Shown: positions 37,410-49,800, counted from the first letter of the stretch. The stretch: 55,893 bases of DNA from Nemertoderma westbladi (GCA_032718475.1 JAUCBJ010006972.1:1-55893), one strand, 5' to 3'. Program-made: numbers and translations. The notes: a model not told the origin generated them from the sequence alone.

Positions 37410-40400
37410 TTACGTTGACGACATACTGTGACCGAGGCAACGCAGGGCCTCGTCCACGTATGTCAACACGCTCTGCACACTGCTGTCGGGGGTCAGTGCG
37501 CCGCCGCAGGCGCGCTCCAACGCGTCGAAGAACTGCGAATGCGACGCGCGCAGCGCCTCCAAACCTTCCTTGATGCGATCCTCCTTCAAAGCGAACAGCG
37601 TGTCCGCGATGCACTCCTGCATGAGGCCGATGATACTCTGACTGACCTCGACCGGGGCATTGCGACAACTCGGCGAAACTTCCTCCTCCATGATCGAAGG
37701 CGCCACATTCCAGCAGCTGCTCGGCGAGGGCGCCTGAGCCGTCTTACTGGCCATGTCGAGGCGCTCCTTGAGCTGCTTGTACTTGGCGATGTTGTCATCG
37801 CGATTGAGCTTTATGATACGCGCGTAGAGGACCATGAGGCAGTTGCGACAGACGATGTCTATCTTCTTGTCGCTGTCCGCTTGCTCGCTGCCCCGGGAGC
37901 TGATGAGTTTCTGGAGGTGGTCGAATAGGTCCACGGTCTCGATGTACATGCCGCGCGCCGCCTCGGCCGGTTGCTCAGAGTGATCCTGTTCGTGGGCCAG
38001 ACAGCAGCGGATGAGCAGGGACGCGGCCTCCAGGTAGAGCAACGCTTTCTGGGCGTTGGATAGCGGAAGCGTGTCGCCCTGACGCTTGACTATGAGGGCG
38101 CGATGAAGGTACTGGTCCCTGGTGAACCGACGCATAGTATCACGGCCTTCCTCCCGAACCGCCGTTAGGTTCGTGAAGGTCTCCGAGCTGTCCCGGTGCC
38201 GCGGGCGCGGATCCACGCTGAATGGCTCCACTTTGGCCGTTTTCTTCTGCTCCCGTCGCAGCGGGTATTCCTCTAAACGCGGTGGATTCGCTGCGGGGGT
38301 TGTCTCCACCGTCGCGGCGTCAACCACGATGGCCTCGTCCTGGACTTCCGCTTTGATTTTTAATCGTTTCACGTTGGAGCACTCGGGTCGGGAATAGCTG
38401 GCGGGACGTTTTTCTACAATTTTGGTGGGCTGTTGAGGAGGACGGGAAAGTTTCGAAAGAGGAATGCTGATTGTAAGTGTCAACTGGCCATCGGCTGTCA
38501 CCTCGAACGGTGCCAGAACGATTTCCCCCGATCGGTGTTTGATCTTCCGCTTGGGAGGGGAACTTTCCTTAGCGGACGATAGTAACGGTGGCTTTTCTTT
38601 GTACGGGTTTTCACGACTCTCGTGGGTAGGACGACTCGACGTCGACAACAGGTCTGCGTCCTTGTTTGGTGTAGCTGAGTTAGAAAGGTTGCGTTTAAAC
38701 GGACTAAGTATTTCGTCACCCGTCTGTTTCAACGGACTAACTCTATCGTTTGATCTGGAAGAATCGTTCCGTTTTGACGGACTAACTCTATCGTTTGACC
38801 TGGATGAATCGTTCCGTTTTGACGGACTAACTCTGTCGTTTGATTTAAATATATTTTTAGAATCGTTAGACTTTATAGGACTAACTCGCTGATGTTTCTG
38901 ATCGCTTTTACGATCAGATTTATTATGAGTTTCGGCACCAGAGGTTTTTATTGTACTGACCTTAGAATTTTTGGCACTTGAAGCAGAAATATAATTGGAT
39001 GAGGATGCGGAATTAGCTTTAATCGAATCGAATCCTTTGTGTTTAACTTTGCTACGAGCGATATCGACGTGGTTAGTTCCGCTGTCTTGCGGAGTTTTGG
39101 ATCCGGTGACCGGAGGCTCCGATCCGAGCCCTCGTACGGAACCCCCGGGGCCGGAACCACCGGAGACCACCGACTCGGAGTCGGAGTTCCGCCGGACCAC
39201 CTTGTTGGGAACGCGTTGCGGCCGCCGGCTCCCGTCCGCGGGGATCAGCGTCTCGCCGGAGGGGGGGTCTACCGAGCCCAACCCGCCGGTCGCCTGGAGC
39301 ACGGAGAGCGAGTTGAACCCGGTCGAGGTCCGGGGGATCGCGGGCGACTGCGACATCGGGAAGCTGTCCCCCTCGTCCCCGGACGAGAACAACTGGTTGA
39401 TCGACGAGGCCTGCGGGCTCGATGGGTCCACGGCGTTCGGGAGTTTCATATTCGCTTTAAGTTTCGGAAGAAACGGCGATATCTGCCATGATGTTTTAGG
39501 CTGCTCCTCGGGTAACTCCGCGCTGTTTCCGGGCCCCGGGTACGGGCTACCGCGCTCTTCCTCGTCGCTCGAGCTGCTCTGGTCGTCCGACTCGCTACTG
39601 CAGCTACTGTCGTCGCCATCGGAGTCGCTGCTGTCGTCATTCATGGCCTCCTCCGTCTTGGTTGCGACGAGCAGCGGGGCACTACGTACCGTCGCGGCGT
39701 CGCCACTGCGCCGGGTATCCGCCTTGCCCGCGGACACGGCTGTACGGGGGGGAACAGGGGCTCCACCGGTGGGCGAACCGACGGTGGGCGCGGGAGTTGG
39801 GCTCCCCGGACCGCGGGATACACTGGCGGGCGAACCGACGTCCGTCTCGTCATCCGACATCCGCAGGTCATCGAGAATGTCATCCTTGGCCTCCACAGTC
39901 CCGGATGAAGACGAGCAGACTGTGGCGCCAGACAAGGTCAATCCGTTCTGGGTTGCAGGCACCCCATTGGTCCCGTTGACAGACTTACTGGCAGCGCTAC
40001 CGCGCGGTTGAGAGTCGGTCACGGAATCTTTAATCCATTTATTCAAAATTATTGGCGGTTTTATTGCGGAAATTGGCGTTTTAACTACATTTTTCATTTG
40101 CTGCAGAATATCTGACACTTTATTATTTTCATTATTGATTTGCGCGCGAGAATTGATGAGATTCTCTGTATAATTGACACCATTGCGTTCTGTAGGGCGT
40201 TGATTGCTTACCGGGGGCTGATCAGTTGTTTGCGGTTTATTTTTTTGGTCGAAAGGAAAGGTTTTTAATTTAGTGAGTTTGGCTTTGGTGGCGTTGTGGT
40301 GCGGACTGGTGGACTTGGGTCTGGCGGGTACTTTTAAGTCGGTGTTTCTGTAGTTATTCCGTACATGGGGCGACGGCTGGCTGGCAGTACCGTTGGGCCG

Positions 40401-40763
40401 GTGGTGGGCTCTCCCGGTGTGACTCAACTGGCGGACCACATCGTGGGGGATACCGTACAGCGTCCTCTGGTCGTCGATCTTCGAGAGGTCGTGTTTAATG
40501 TCATTGAAATTGCCCAGAGCGTTGTTGATACGCTTATGTAGCATGTCGGTGGAATCGCTCCGATTTTCGCGGATTTCGATGCGTTTCGGGATATCGGCGG
40601 TGGGTTTCTCCCGCTCGCGATGGGGTTTCGAGGTGGCCTTCAGTTGGTGTCTGTTCGCCATTTCCGCTTGCTGCCATGGCAGGAGTTCTTGCGTTTCTAT
40701 CATTCTCTCCCGCTCGCGTTTAGCTTGTTCTTTCGCGTCGAAGTGGACGTAACACGGCTCCAT
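37410..40763 (-). CDS. AF4/FMR2 family (AFF/lilliputian-like) super-elongation-complex scaffold, single coding exon, 1117 aa
   Basis: AFF blocks in the expected order: KRERER, RINNALGNFNDIK, VSDILQQMK..TPISAI, ILDDLRMSDDE, Ser/Asp tract, SWQI, LTISIPLSKLSRPP (AF9/ENL-binding-like), and a C-terminal homology domain (DQYLHRA..KRQGD..KALLYLEA; QAPSP). Acceptor TTTTTTTGTAG ends at 40794. Confidence 0.88.
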   Translation of the reverse strand: MEPCYVHFDAKEQAKRERERMIETQELLPWQQAEMANRHQLKATSKPHREREKPTADIPKRIEIRENRSDSTDMLHKRINNALGNFNDIKHDLSKIDDQRTLYGIPHDVVRQLSHTGRAHHRPNGTASQPSPHVRNNYRNTDLKVPARPKSTSPHHNATKAKLTKLKTFPFDQKNKPQTTDQPPVSNQRPTERNGVNYTENLINSRAQINNENNKVSDILQQMKNVVKTPISAIKPPIILNKWIKDSVTDSQPRGSAASKSVNGTNGVPATQNGLTLSGATVCSSSSGTVEAKDDILDDLRMSDDETDVGSPASVSRGPGSPTPAPTVGSPTGGAPVPPRTAVSAGKADTRRSGDAATVRSAPLLVATKTEEAMNDDSSDSDGDDSSCSSESDDQSSSSDEEERGSPYPGPGNSAELPEEQPKTSWQISPFLPKLKANMKLPNAVDPSSPQASSINQLFSSGDEGDSFPMSQSPAIPRTSTGFNSLSVLQATGGLGSVDPPSGETLIPADGSRRPQRVPNKVVRRNSDSESVVSGGSGPGGSVRGLGSEPPVTGSKTPQDSGTNHVDIARSKVKHKGFDSIKANSASSSNYISASSAKNSKVSTIKTSGAETHNKSDRKSDQKHQRVSPIKSNDSKNIFKSNDRVSPSKRNDSSRSNDRVSPSKRNDSSRSNDRVSPLKQTGDEILSPFKRNLSNSATPNKDADLLSTSSRPTHESRENPYKEKPPLLSSAKESSPPKRKIKHRSGEIVLAPFEVTADGQLTLTISIPLSKLSRPPQQPTKIVEKRPASYSRPECSNVKRLKIKAEVQDEAIVVDAATVETTPAANPPRLEEYPLRREQKKTAKVEPFSVDPRPRHRDSSETFTNLTAVREEGRDTMRRFTRDQYLHRALIVKRQGDTLPLSNAQKALLYLEAASLLIRCCLAHEQDHSEQPAEAARGMYIETVDLFDHLQKLISSRGSEQADSDKKIDIVCRNCLMVLYARIIKLNRDDNIAKYKQLKERLDMASKTAQAPSPSSCWNVAPSIMEEEVSPSCRNAPVEVSQSIIGLMQECIADTLFALKEDRIKEGLEALRASHSQFFDALERACGGALTPDSSVQSVLTYVDEALRCLGHSMSST

Positions 40764-41822
40764 ATCCAGTAGAACTTAAGTAGAAGATAAAATCTACAAA
40801 AAAATTAGTATCAGTTAAGGATTGCAATAATTATAAAATACATTATTGAAAAATAAATTACGGTACTTCAATAAGTTAATAATATCTTCATTCAATCTGT
40901 AATACTGCATGGTACTGTAAATATCACTACCGGTATATACTAACTAAATAAAGAAATACTGGCTCTGGCATATTATATTTTTGCACCAAGCGGCACTATT
41001 TAGTTTTTCGAAATTTCCACGTAATACCGGTACACGTTGTGACGTTTCACTGACTAGGCCCTAATAAAGTTTTTCTAAACCGTTTTTATTTTCTAATTTT
41101 TTTCCTAAAAAGTTTTTTAAAGTTTTTCAGCAGTTGTACCGGTGGCTGATATCACATATTTAGAACAATTTTATTTTTGGAAAATGGAGTGACGTCCATA
41201 AGTTAGTTTGTATCTGCAACTGCAATTATTAACTAATTTGACAAAACTATATCAGATGTTTTCAGATTTTATATGCCCAATGAAATAAGTACCGGGTATC
41301 TGATTTAGGAATATAACAATACACGAAATCAGGTTGTTTGAGCCCGTTGTAAAATACAAATATTTTTGTAATATTTATTCCATATCAAATTTTCTGCTAC
41401 TCGAAAAAGGAAAATAACAATAATATTAATTAACTAAAACACATTATAACAAGCCTTTATTAAAACTAGCTGATCTGATATCAAGTTAAGTACCAAGTAC
41501 CGCGATAAGATTATACTTTATAAACGAAACCAAACTAAACAAAAAAAAGATAAACAAAGTTGATCAACAAAAGTATTTACTTACTGTGAAATATCGACAC
41601 TGTCATACTTGAGTTTTACTAAAATTTGAAACAGAGGTAGTTTCACCCCCCCCCCCCCCCCCCCTCCTTAGTGGGTGAACCATAATTTTAATTTTGCTTT
41701 AAATTATTCCAATAATGTAAAAACAATTGAATTAAGTTAGGGAAATAGCTTAGATATGGGCGTTAGAAAGTTACATGTATTTGCTTCCTAGGAAGGTCAT
41801 TTACTCTATTTATTAAATACAC

Positions 41823-42132
41823 AATAATATAAATCAAAAAAGTTTTTAGCCAGTAACAGTTTTTATTAATTTAATATCACAGTAAAAATGTAATTTATTT
41901 GTATAAAGTAAAATAATTATCACAGTACAATAATTTTTAAAAAAAATATATATAAAATAAACCGAATGCATTTCGCCCTAATAGCTCTTCAGCGGTAAAA
42001 TATTTTAAAATATTTGACCGCTGAAGACAGTGAAGAGGTCTTCACTGAAGAGTGAATAGGTATTAGAGGTTTAGGCTACTCTATTACGAGGAAGAGGTTT
42101 ACTGGCTAAAAACGTTTTTGATTTATATTATT
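41823..42132. mobile_element. Palindromic Penelope-like remnant
   Basis: Outer inverted repeat 41823-41856 / 42099-42132; inner palindrome 41986-42027; contains a hammerhead motif. Confidence 0.55.
41961..41996 (-). ncRNA. Minimal type I hammerhead ribozyme motif
   Basis: Minus strand reads ACCG-CUGAAGA-GCU AUUAG GGC-GAAA-UGCA-UU-CGGU: stem I ACCG/CGGU, intact core, 3-bp stem II, palindromic AUGCAU stem III. Confidence 0.7.
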
Positions 42133-42227
42133 TATATCGGGTGTCAGCTACATTAATCAACATTCCTCAATATCTTACTTAAATAGGCTACACAATACTC
42201 TATAAGACTTTACTTATGCATGAATCT

Positions 42228-42606
42228 TACTACTACTACAAACAACATGCTGCATTGCAGCTGCATTATATATATTACATATATACTGAGAATGCTGCGC
42301 CGGCTTGTCGACAAAATTGCGCCGACACAACTCCCTATCCCCCATGACATTTGCTAGATCATCCGCATCTTCAAGGCCAGTGTCCTTTAAGATGCGTCTC
42401 AAGAAAGTCATAGGCTGTCCAGTGTCCACCATGCTTATTCACTCCATGAGGCTGCCAAAGCACAAGATTATGCACTGGCTGTTCTCACAGCGAAAGCAAT
42501 GTCCTGCAAAGCGGAGTCGGTTCCGTTCAAATGTCAAGGTAGGGGAGATTAACGAAACACCTCCAATGTGTATAGAGTCTGATTGAAGATGTATGCATTG
42601 TACTTG
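42228..42606 (-). mobile_element. RTE-clade LINE copy 3 (3' fragment)
   Basis: Homologous to 6530-6845; GQPMTFLRRILKDTGLE..DLANVMGDRELCR; (TAC)n tail on the plus strand. Confidence 0.85.
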
Positions 42607-45600
42607 CATGAAGAGCTACGTAATTTGTAGCCCAGCTACATATGAGATAAAATATAAATAAAATGTCCCAGAACTTTGTGTATTTATGTATTAAATAGCA
42701 GTGGATTAAAAAACATACAATCTTAGTAAGCTAATTTCCGCTCAAATTTTACATATTTGAAATCTTTTGATCGAATGGCCAGCTTTCGATTGGCTCAAAA
42801 AAAATCAAAAAATAAATTAAAGATTTGAAAGCAAAAAAAATTTTGGTCCACCCAAGAAGGAGGAGGGAATTCAAGCTACGTGAGGTCAACCTGCACCTCT
42901 GATTCAAATTTCATGCAATCTCATTACGATTTGTAGAAAAATTAGGGGGTGGGGTTGGGGTGTCGTTTCACTGAATTACGACACTACATTACGGGGCATT
43001 ACGGGATATATTAATTGGATAATTTCCAAATATATATGCCTAAGGAATTGATCAAAATATTTCACCCCAAAACACTTTTAAAGGAGTTGTTGTTCAGTTG
43101 TAAACTTATACATTCTTTATGTTCTTTATGACGACTATATACAGTATTTATATTCCAAAAGTGCAGAACTTAACTCACAAAAAGTACAGACGGACATATC
43201 CCAAACTAAAAGTGATATCGGTATTTATTCTGAAATCCAATATTTTAGATTTCAATTATTTAATGCAAAATTTATAATTTTGAATTGAGATGGGTAAGTC
43301 TGTCTACCTCTGATTTTAGCGTGACAACAATGGGTCAGAACATTGATGACGACACGACTACGACGAACACTACGGGACCGGCAGTATGCTATTGATATTA
43401 TATGTAAACACATAATATTATTATACAAATTTACAATGCAATCTATTGGCAAATTTCAAATTTAGATAGCGTTTTTTCCTGCCGCCCCGAGATATATAAC
43501 TCGCAGCGCAAACATTAGTTAACGAGTCAGGTGAACTCTGGAACTATACATCAAGGCAGCAAGAGGTCATAAAGAAAACAATTTTCTTTCCTCCTTACGA
43601 ATGAACCTCAGCGCAATACTTCATCTTCGTCTAGCCTAGGGGTTGCGTGTCCACCGTAGCGGTACCCGCCGCTACTTGGTTACGCTGTCAACAAAGCGAC
43701 TAGGTGGAGTTTCTACATGAAGACTAAGAATCACGGTTGCTATATTTTCTTACATCTGCACTTTATGAAGATACGCAACACAAATCCTACCCAGCAGCCA
43801 TGTAACGAAACTCCAGTCTGTCAGTTCAAATTGCATAATCAATTCATAAGATTCTCTATCTCGATTGTTCTTTAAATGTATGGCATATTGGAGTACTTCC
43901 ACTTCCTTACTACAATAGCATAAGTTATATAAATCAATTTTCAAAATGTTTCAAATTAAATTGTTATAATTAAAAAGTTTCTAAATCACAATTTTTTAAC
44001 GAATTTTGAATATATGTATTGTTTTGTTATGCTGTTATGACTAGGTAATGGTTTTAACAGTTTTAACTTAGACGTATAAAAAAGTAGGCCTATCAACTTA
44101 CCAAAAGTATTCGGTGATACCTCAGCAGAGCTGGATTATTTTATAATAGCACGGTGTGATCCCCTTGTAGACCTGAACATAGACCACGTGGGTTCCCACT
44201 CAGACTAATAACAGGAACACGGGTTGAAGAAGAATAAACAACCATAATGCACTCGCCAGCAAGCTACAACGCAAGCTTCATTGTTCATTCAGATATCTTA
44301 ATCAAGGCTCAGCCTACCGCTACCGATACACACAAAATAACAACCAGTCTAGCTAGAGTGTTGGAGTGGTAGTGAGAGTACACTGGTACCGGAACTGGCT
44401 TAAGGCGAATGCATATATACAGTGTTTTTTTTATGAAATAGGCCTAAATAAAATGTTTCAGAATTTTTAAATGGCATTTCTTACCACGGTAGGCAGGTAG
44501 GTTAGGTAGGTAGGCCTAGCCTAGTCTTGTGACTCTTGTGTAATGCTGTACCGGTAATGCACTACCGGTTCCGCGGTATCTGAATAAAAAAACATCGGCC
44601 CAGCCCAGCCCCACGCTCAGACAGTTTGCAGTTAGATCAGACGCAGAGATCTGGAGATACAAAACATGCAATTGTCGGGTATAACTTTTCACCATATCCT
44701 GATATCCGTATCCGTATAATCCGTATGTGATTTTAAAGATTAGGCATTGCGGACCAGTAAGAAGTGCACAACACACATGCAGACTGAAGACAGGTAGGCC
44801 TACTTCAGCTTCAGTACTTAAAAGCGATATGATTTAAAGAGTGCGGCTGCAGGCTGCCGCTACCTAATGGCAAATAAACATTGTACCGGTAGGTCCAGGA
44901 TGAGTGACAGATAATGTCCTTCAGCCCCGGAATGCGCCACAGTGCTTGTTTTATTGTACTAACTGACACCTAGACAGCTAGACGCCCGGTTGGACTTAGA
45001 TTTATTAGTGGCACTCGGTTGCACGCGCTGACACGTGGTTTGACTAGCTGGCACTACCGGTAGGTTGGTCTTGGTCTTGTTGGCACTTGGCTGCATCGGG
45101 CCTGCTCTGCTGGTTACTGGCTGACTGGGTTAACTAAATACTGTCCCCGAAACAGCGAAAGTGAAGGTATATTATATGTTAATAAATTCACAAAGAAGGA
45201 CAGACTGGCACGACGGTTTTCAGGTTTTCAATATCTGTGCGAATGTTTATTCCCTTAGCATTATCATTGCTGCTTCTATCAGTCTATACTATGCTGCTAT
45301 GTTAGTGCCATATCTGCATATATACTGTATCAACCAACAACATTCATAGCCAGGTTGGTGAAAAAACAGTTCAAAAATAAATCACGGTTGCTTAGTTTTC
45401 CAAGCGGCGTCAAGAAGAGTTAACAAGTTAATATTCTCTAAAATCACATACGGATTATTTTCCATAGGAATCCATTACATACGCACGTCGCACATACGCG
45501 TATCGCGTACTGGCATATGTACATACTGACATACGGTAACAGCAAATACATACGGATACGGCGAAAAGTTATACCCGCAGCCGCAACTGTCGATGTTTTG

Positions 45601-46584
45601 GAAACAAAGTTACAAAGTTAGGCTTCCTTTTTCAGCTCTCAGGTCGTCCAGTAGTCGGTCAGGTAGTGCTGTAGTTGCTGAGTTGTAGTGCACAGTGCAG
45701 TAGTGTGTCAGTGTGTTTGAGTTTGGAGTTTGTGAGTGAGTAGTGCAGTCAGCGAGTCAGGTGTCAGGCAGTAGCCAGTAGGGCAGTGCAGTCCAGTACC
45801 GTCGTACCGATCACTTGATTAATTTGAGTGGGTAGCCTAAGCCTACCGCAGTACTCTGGTACCGGTACAGCGGTACTGCAGTACCGTGCAGCCGTGACCG
45901 TTCTGCCCAGCTGCCGTTAGATTAGTAAGTTAGTAGGACTGTCTGACTGGTAGGAGCTGAGGAGGGCAGACAGGCAGAGGGCCTGGGCAGAGGGTTTAAA
46001 CGAAAATCGCACCAGCCATGATATCCAATGCGCGCCAAGCCAACAATTGACTATGAAATTTTGCAGTAGGCCTAACTGCTGAATTGTAATAATTTATCAG
46101 TTTATAATGCTGTAGCCCTAAGCACAGGTACACAGGTACAGTATTTTAACATAAAAATGCGAGCGTAGCTAGCAAGGAAATTTTCCAAAAATGTTAACAT
46201 ATAAACTGATAAATACAGTCCGTGGCGAGCACGAAAATTTTAACGTTTCAGTAGGCCTATTTAGAGTAGGCCAACCGACTGTTTTTAAATACATAGGCCT
46301 ATGTCACTAGGCCAGTACTGCAGTAGGCCCTACAGCCTGACAGCATTAAATTGCGAGCGTAGCGAGCACGGAAATTCTGCTGAATCATGGTTTTATTGGT
46401 TTGAACAATCTGACAATTGAAAAACTTTTGAAACAAGCAAAGTTTTTAATGGTCATGAGGTCATGCTAAATCTGACAGTCTGACCGTTTGTCCACAGCCA
46501 GGCAGTGCTGCAGACCTGCAGTGTGTATGTCAGTATGTGTAAGTCTGTAAGTGCATCTTCCTGCAGTCCTGTCTTGGCCTTGGC

Positions 46585-46870
46585 GTGTTGGCGAATTAAA
46601 ATCCCGGGCAGCCGGGTGCTGGGTCCCGTCCCGCCTCAATGTTAAATTCTCAATTTACAGATTTAGGGAATAGAGCAGGGCGGAGCAGGGCCAGGGAGCA
46701 GGTTACTGTGACACGTTATTTTAACAAAAACAATACCGGGTAAAACTAAATACAATAGCAGAATAGAACAGGTTACAGTTTTATTTTGAGAGTAAGCAGC
46801 TATTATTTGCGTCGAATTTCCCCTGGCACCTGGAGTGCTGGAGAGGGATTAATTTGTATTGCGTCCAGTC
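46585..46870. mobile_element. Inverted relative of the MITE at 15712-16172
   Basis: CAGGTTACAGTTTTATTTTGAGA...TATTTGCGTC...GGAGAGGGAT...TATTGCGTCCAGT is the reverse complement of 15712-15800. Confidence 0.65.
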
Positions 46871-49800
46871 CCCCCCCCCCCCCCCCCCCCCCCCCTCCCC
46901 CAGCTGCCAGCTGCGGGGCAGCGCAGGCATACGTGCAGGCATATAGCTGTATAGGATATAGGCCTACCACTACCACACTTACCGCCGATGGTGAAATCTG
47001 AAAAATATTTACATTACATACACAGAACACAGGTAGGTACTAGGTAGGTGTATCGTAAACAACGGAATGTCATAGGCCTAATAAAATAATATAGTAAAGT
47101 ACCGGTACCGAACTGCCGTAGCACAGCAATGCTACAATGGCAGAATGTAACAATGATATCCGAACTGAACTGATGAAGACTGGAGGATGGCTGCTTGGTA
47201 TGACTGTATGGTGCCTCCCCGTTTACCATATACCATTATTACCTAATGCAATGTCAGTTTCCAGTTCTTACTTAGTAGGCAGGCCTGTATTCCCAACATT
47301 TTGAGCTTTGGTATTGTCTTGCTTCACGCTGATTGGTTGTTTCAGCAGAGAGCATAACGAATATATCAGATCAGCTGGTTAGTTTACAGTTAAATGGTGT
47401 TTGCAGTATTTTGGAGAGTGAGGAGTGCTTGGCAACTTAGAGTTCCAGGACACACTCGCCTACTATTGGTTGTTTCACAAGCTCTTTGTGTGGGCAAACT
47501 CCCAACTCCAGCTGAGCAGAACTAAAAGTAAAAGGGTTCCTTCCATACAATACTATAGAATTTGAGCGACACAACGCTGCAATGTTATATACCGATATCG
47601 TAGTTTGCAGTTTAATGAGTGCTTGCTGCTGCTGGTTATTGCTGCCTGCAATCAATTAATGCCTTATACGGCGCACCAGACCATATGCCATCTGGAAACA
47701 TCCCCCTAGAACACCAAAGTGTTTATTGAAAACTCACGTACCACACGCATAGGCCTATCGCGCCTATGTCGTCCTGAGATCCTTCAAATAACTTAATCAT
47801 AATTTCAAATTTCGCCCTTATCAAAAATACCTGGTTATAACTTTTCGGTCGAAATTTTCGTGAAATTCTATATCTGAGGAATTTTGTAGATTTTTAAATT
47901 TATCCCCATTAAATGTTTTTATCGCTTATTTTTATCTTCTATCCTGTACAGTAGTTCGTTTAATTAATTCGTTTATAATTTTGGTTAGATTCAGCCGTTC
48001 TGTAACCTGGGTTTTTTTTAATGAAAATTTGGTATTCTTCACAATGGAGGATGGGGGGGGGGGGGGGGTTACACTGCACCGGTGAAATATAACATGAGAA
48101 ATTCTGGTATACTATACATGAGCCAATAATTGAATTTATAATTTACGTTTTGAGATATACACTGAAAATATAAGGGAAATTCAAAACTAGATTTTTCTTT
48201 TGAGGACCTTCCTTACACAATGAGCAACATTTCTCACTTTGTAAATTAAAACCGAACTATTACAATGGAATGCAAAATCCAAGGATACAACGTGAAAAAT
48301 GTTTGTTCTCATTCGTGACATATAAATGCAGCCAATTTTCACACAGATGGAAACTACTTTCCATTCCACCCGGGTGCGCTGGAATTATTTCCACTGCATT
48401 ATTTTTGAATAATAATATAATATTAAATTACGCCCACGTCTAGAATTGATGTATTACCAAACTCACATATTAGCGAGGCAGCAAAAATAAATCCCGTGTA
48501 ATTACAAAGCCAACTGACAGTAATGAATGTACTTAATAATAAAATAATGACACCAGCTGGTGGTATTTGAGCAGACCTAACCTACTTTATATCATCTCTA
48601 CCGACCGGGGAAAGGCTATTTCAAAACAATCAAACTGCTAAAGTTTGTTTAATTTACACGCACCCAAAAAAAACAACCCTTTGGCAAAGTACTCTTAAGA
48701 ATAGGATTGGCCTGATTTGTTAATGTCCGAAAGTAAAGAGAAGGTAGAGTAGACTGGTAGACGATGTGAGACTGGCGGGGTGTGTCTATGAATTGAGGTA
48801 ATAATGCCTTCCCAGTGTTCCTACTCCCCAACACCAAGATACCAGACCGGGTATTAGTTGATTATAACTTATTGGGTTATTGATTGTCTAACTAACAGGC
48901 ACTCCAGGGTCCTATCCTAGCCAGGATTCCATTACAGGTGGACCAGGATAAAAAAAATGTTAATAATAATGGCGAATATTTTTGGATTAATCTATATCGA
49001 TCAATTGAGTAAACTCACTCAAAATTTCAAAATAACTCCAGAACCAGAAAAAAGATTTTGTTGATTTACAGTTAATTCTTCCTGAATCCAACTCTATCGA
49101 TGTCGAGGCAGTTTCTTTATAGGCCTAATAATATCATCAAACATATTAATTATATTACTATTAATATTAAACATATTAATGTGCTACTAAATTACTTATA
49201 TTATTTAATTTACTGTTTTATTGTCCAATGTTGGAATTAAAGATATATATTCAATATCATCAAACTGAAGTAGAAATTACAAATCTAAAATTGTGTGGTT
49301 AATAATAATAGTACCACAATTTGAAATAGAAATCTAAAATTGAATGTATATATACTTTACATTAAATTGTGCGTCTTATAACTTTGGTATAGCGTATAGG
49401 ATAGATCCTCGGGAAGTGAGAGTCAACTATTATAATCGACTAATGATGGATTCACAGTGATAGTATTATAGTGATTCGTAAGTGAAGATAACGAGGGTAG
49501 CGTGCAATTCCCAACTCTTACTTTTAACTTTTAATGAGCTCCCCAGTCCATAGAACTGCCTCGGGGTTACATTATTTAATACTGCAAGAGAAAGTGATTG
49601 TTTGTATAGTCGTACTAAGGGACCAGATGATAGAGGGTGGGCGGGGGGTGGTGGTATTAACCACTCCTAAGGGGAAAATCAACGCAATCTGGGAACTTTT
49701 TGTTATTATATAGTAGCTTTTTGTTACTTTATGATTTCTCATAAAGTATTTTTCGTCCTCTTCCCGAAATAGTAGCATTTTATTTTCCTCGTCGTCGAAA

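Larger units (their letters stand above)
41620..43000. mobile_element. Degenerate copy of the 26516-27305 foldback MITE hosting nested insertions
   Basis: Left arm AAATTTGAAACAGAGGTAGTTTCACC at ~41622; right arm CAAATTTCATGCAATCTCATT...CACTGAATTACGACACTA at ~42905-42987. Confidence 0.65.

Noticed and set aside
38995-40011. 338-aa plus-strand ORF and other ORFs overlapping AFF
   Set aside because: Antisense shadows of a GC-rich coding region with no recognisable motifs.
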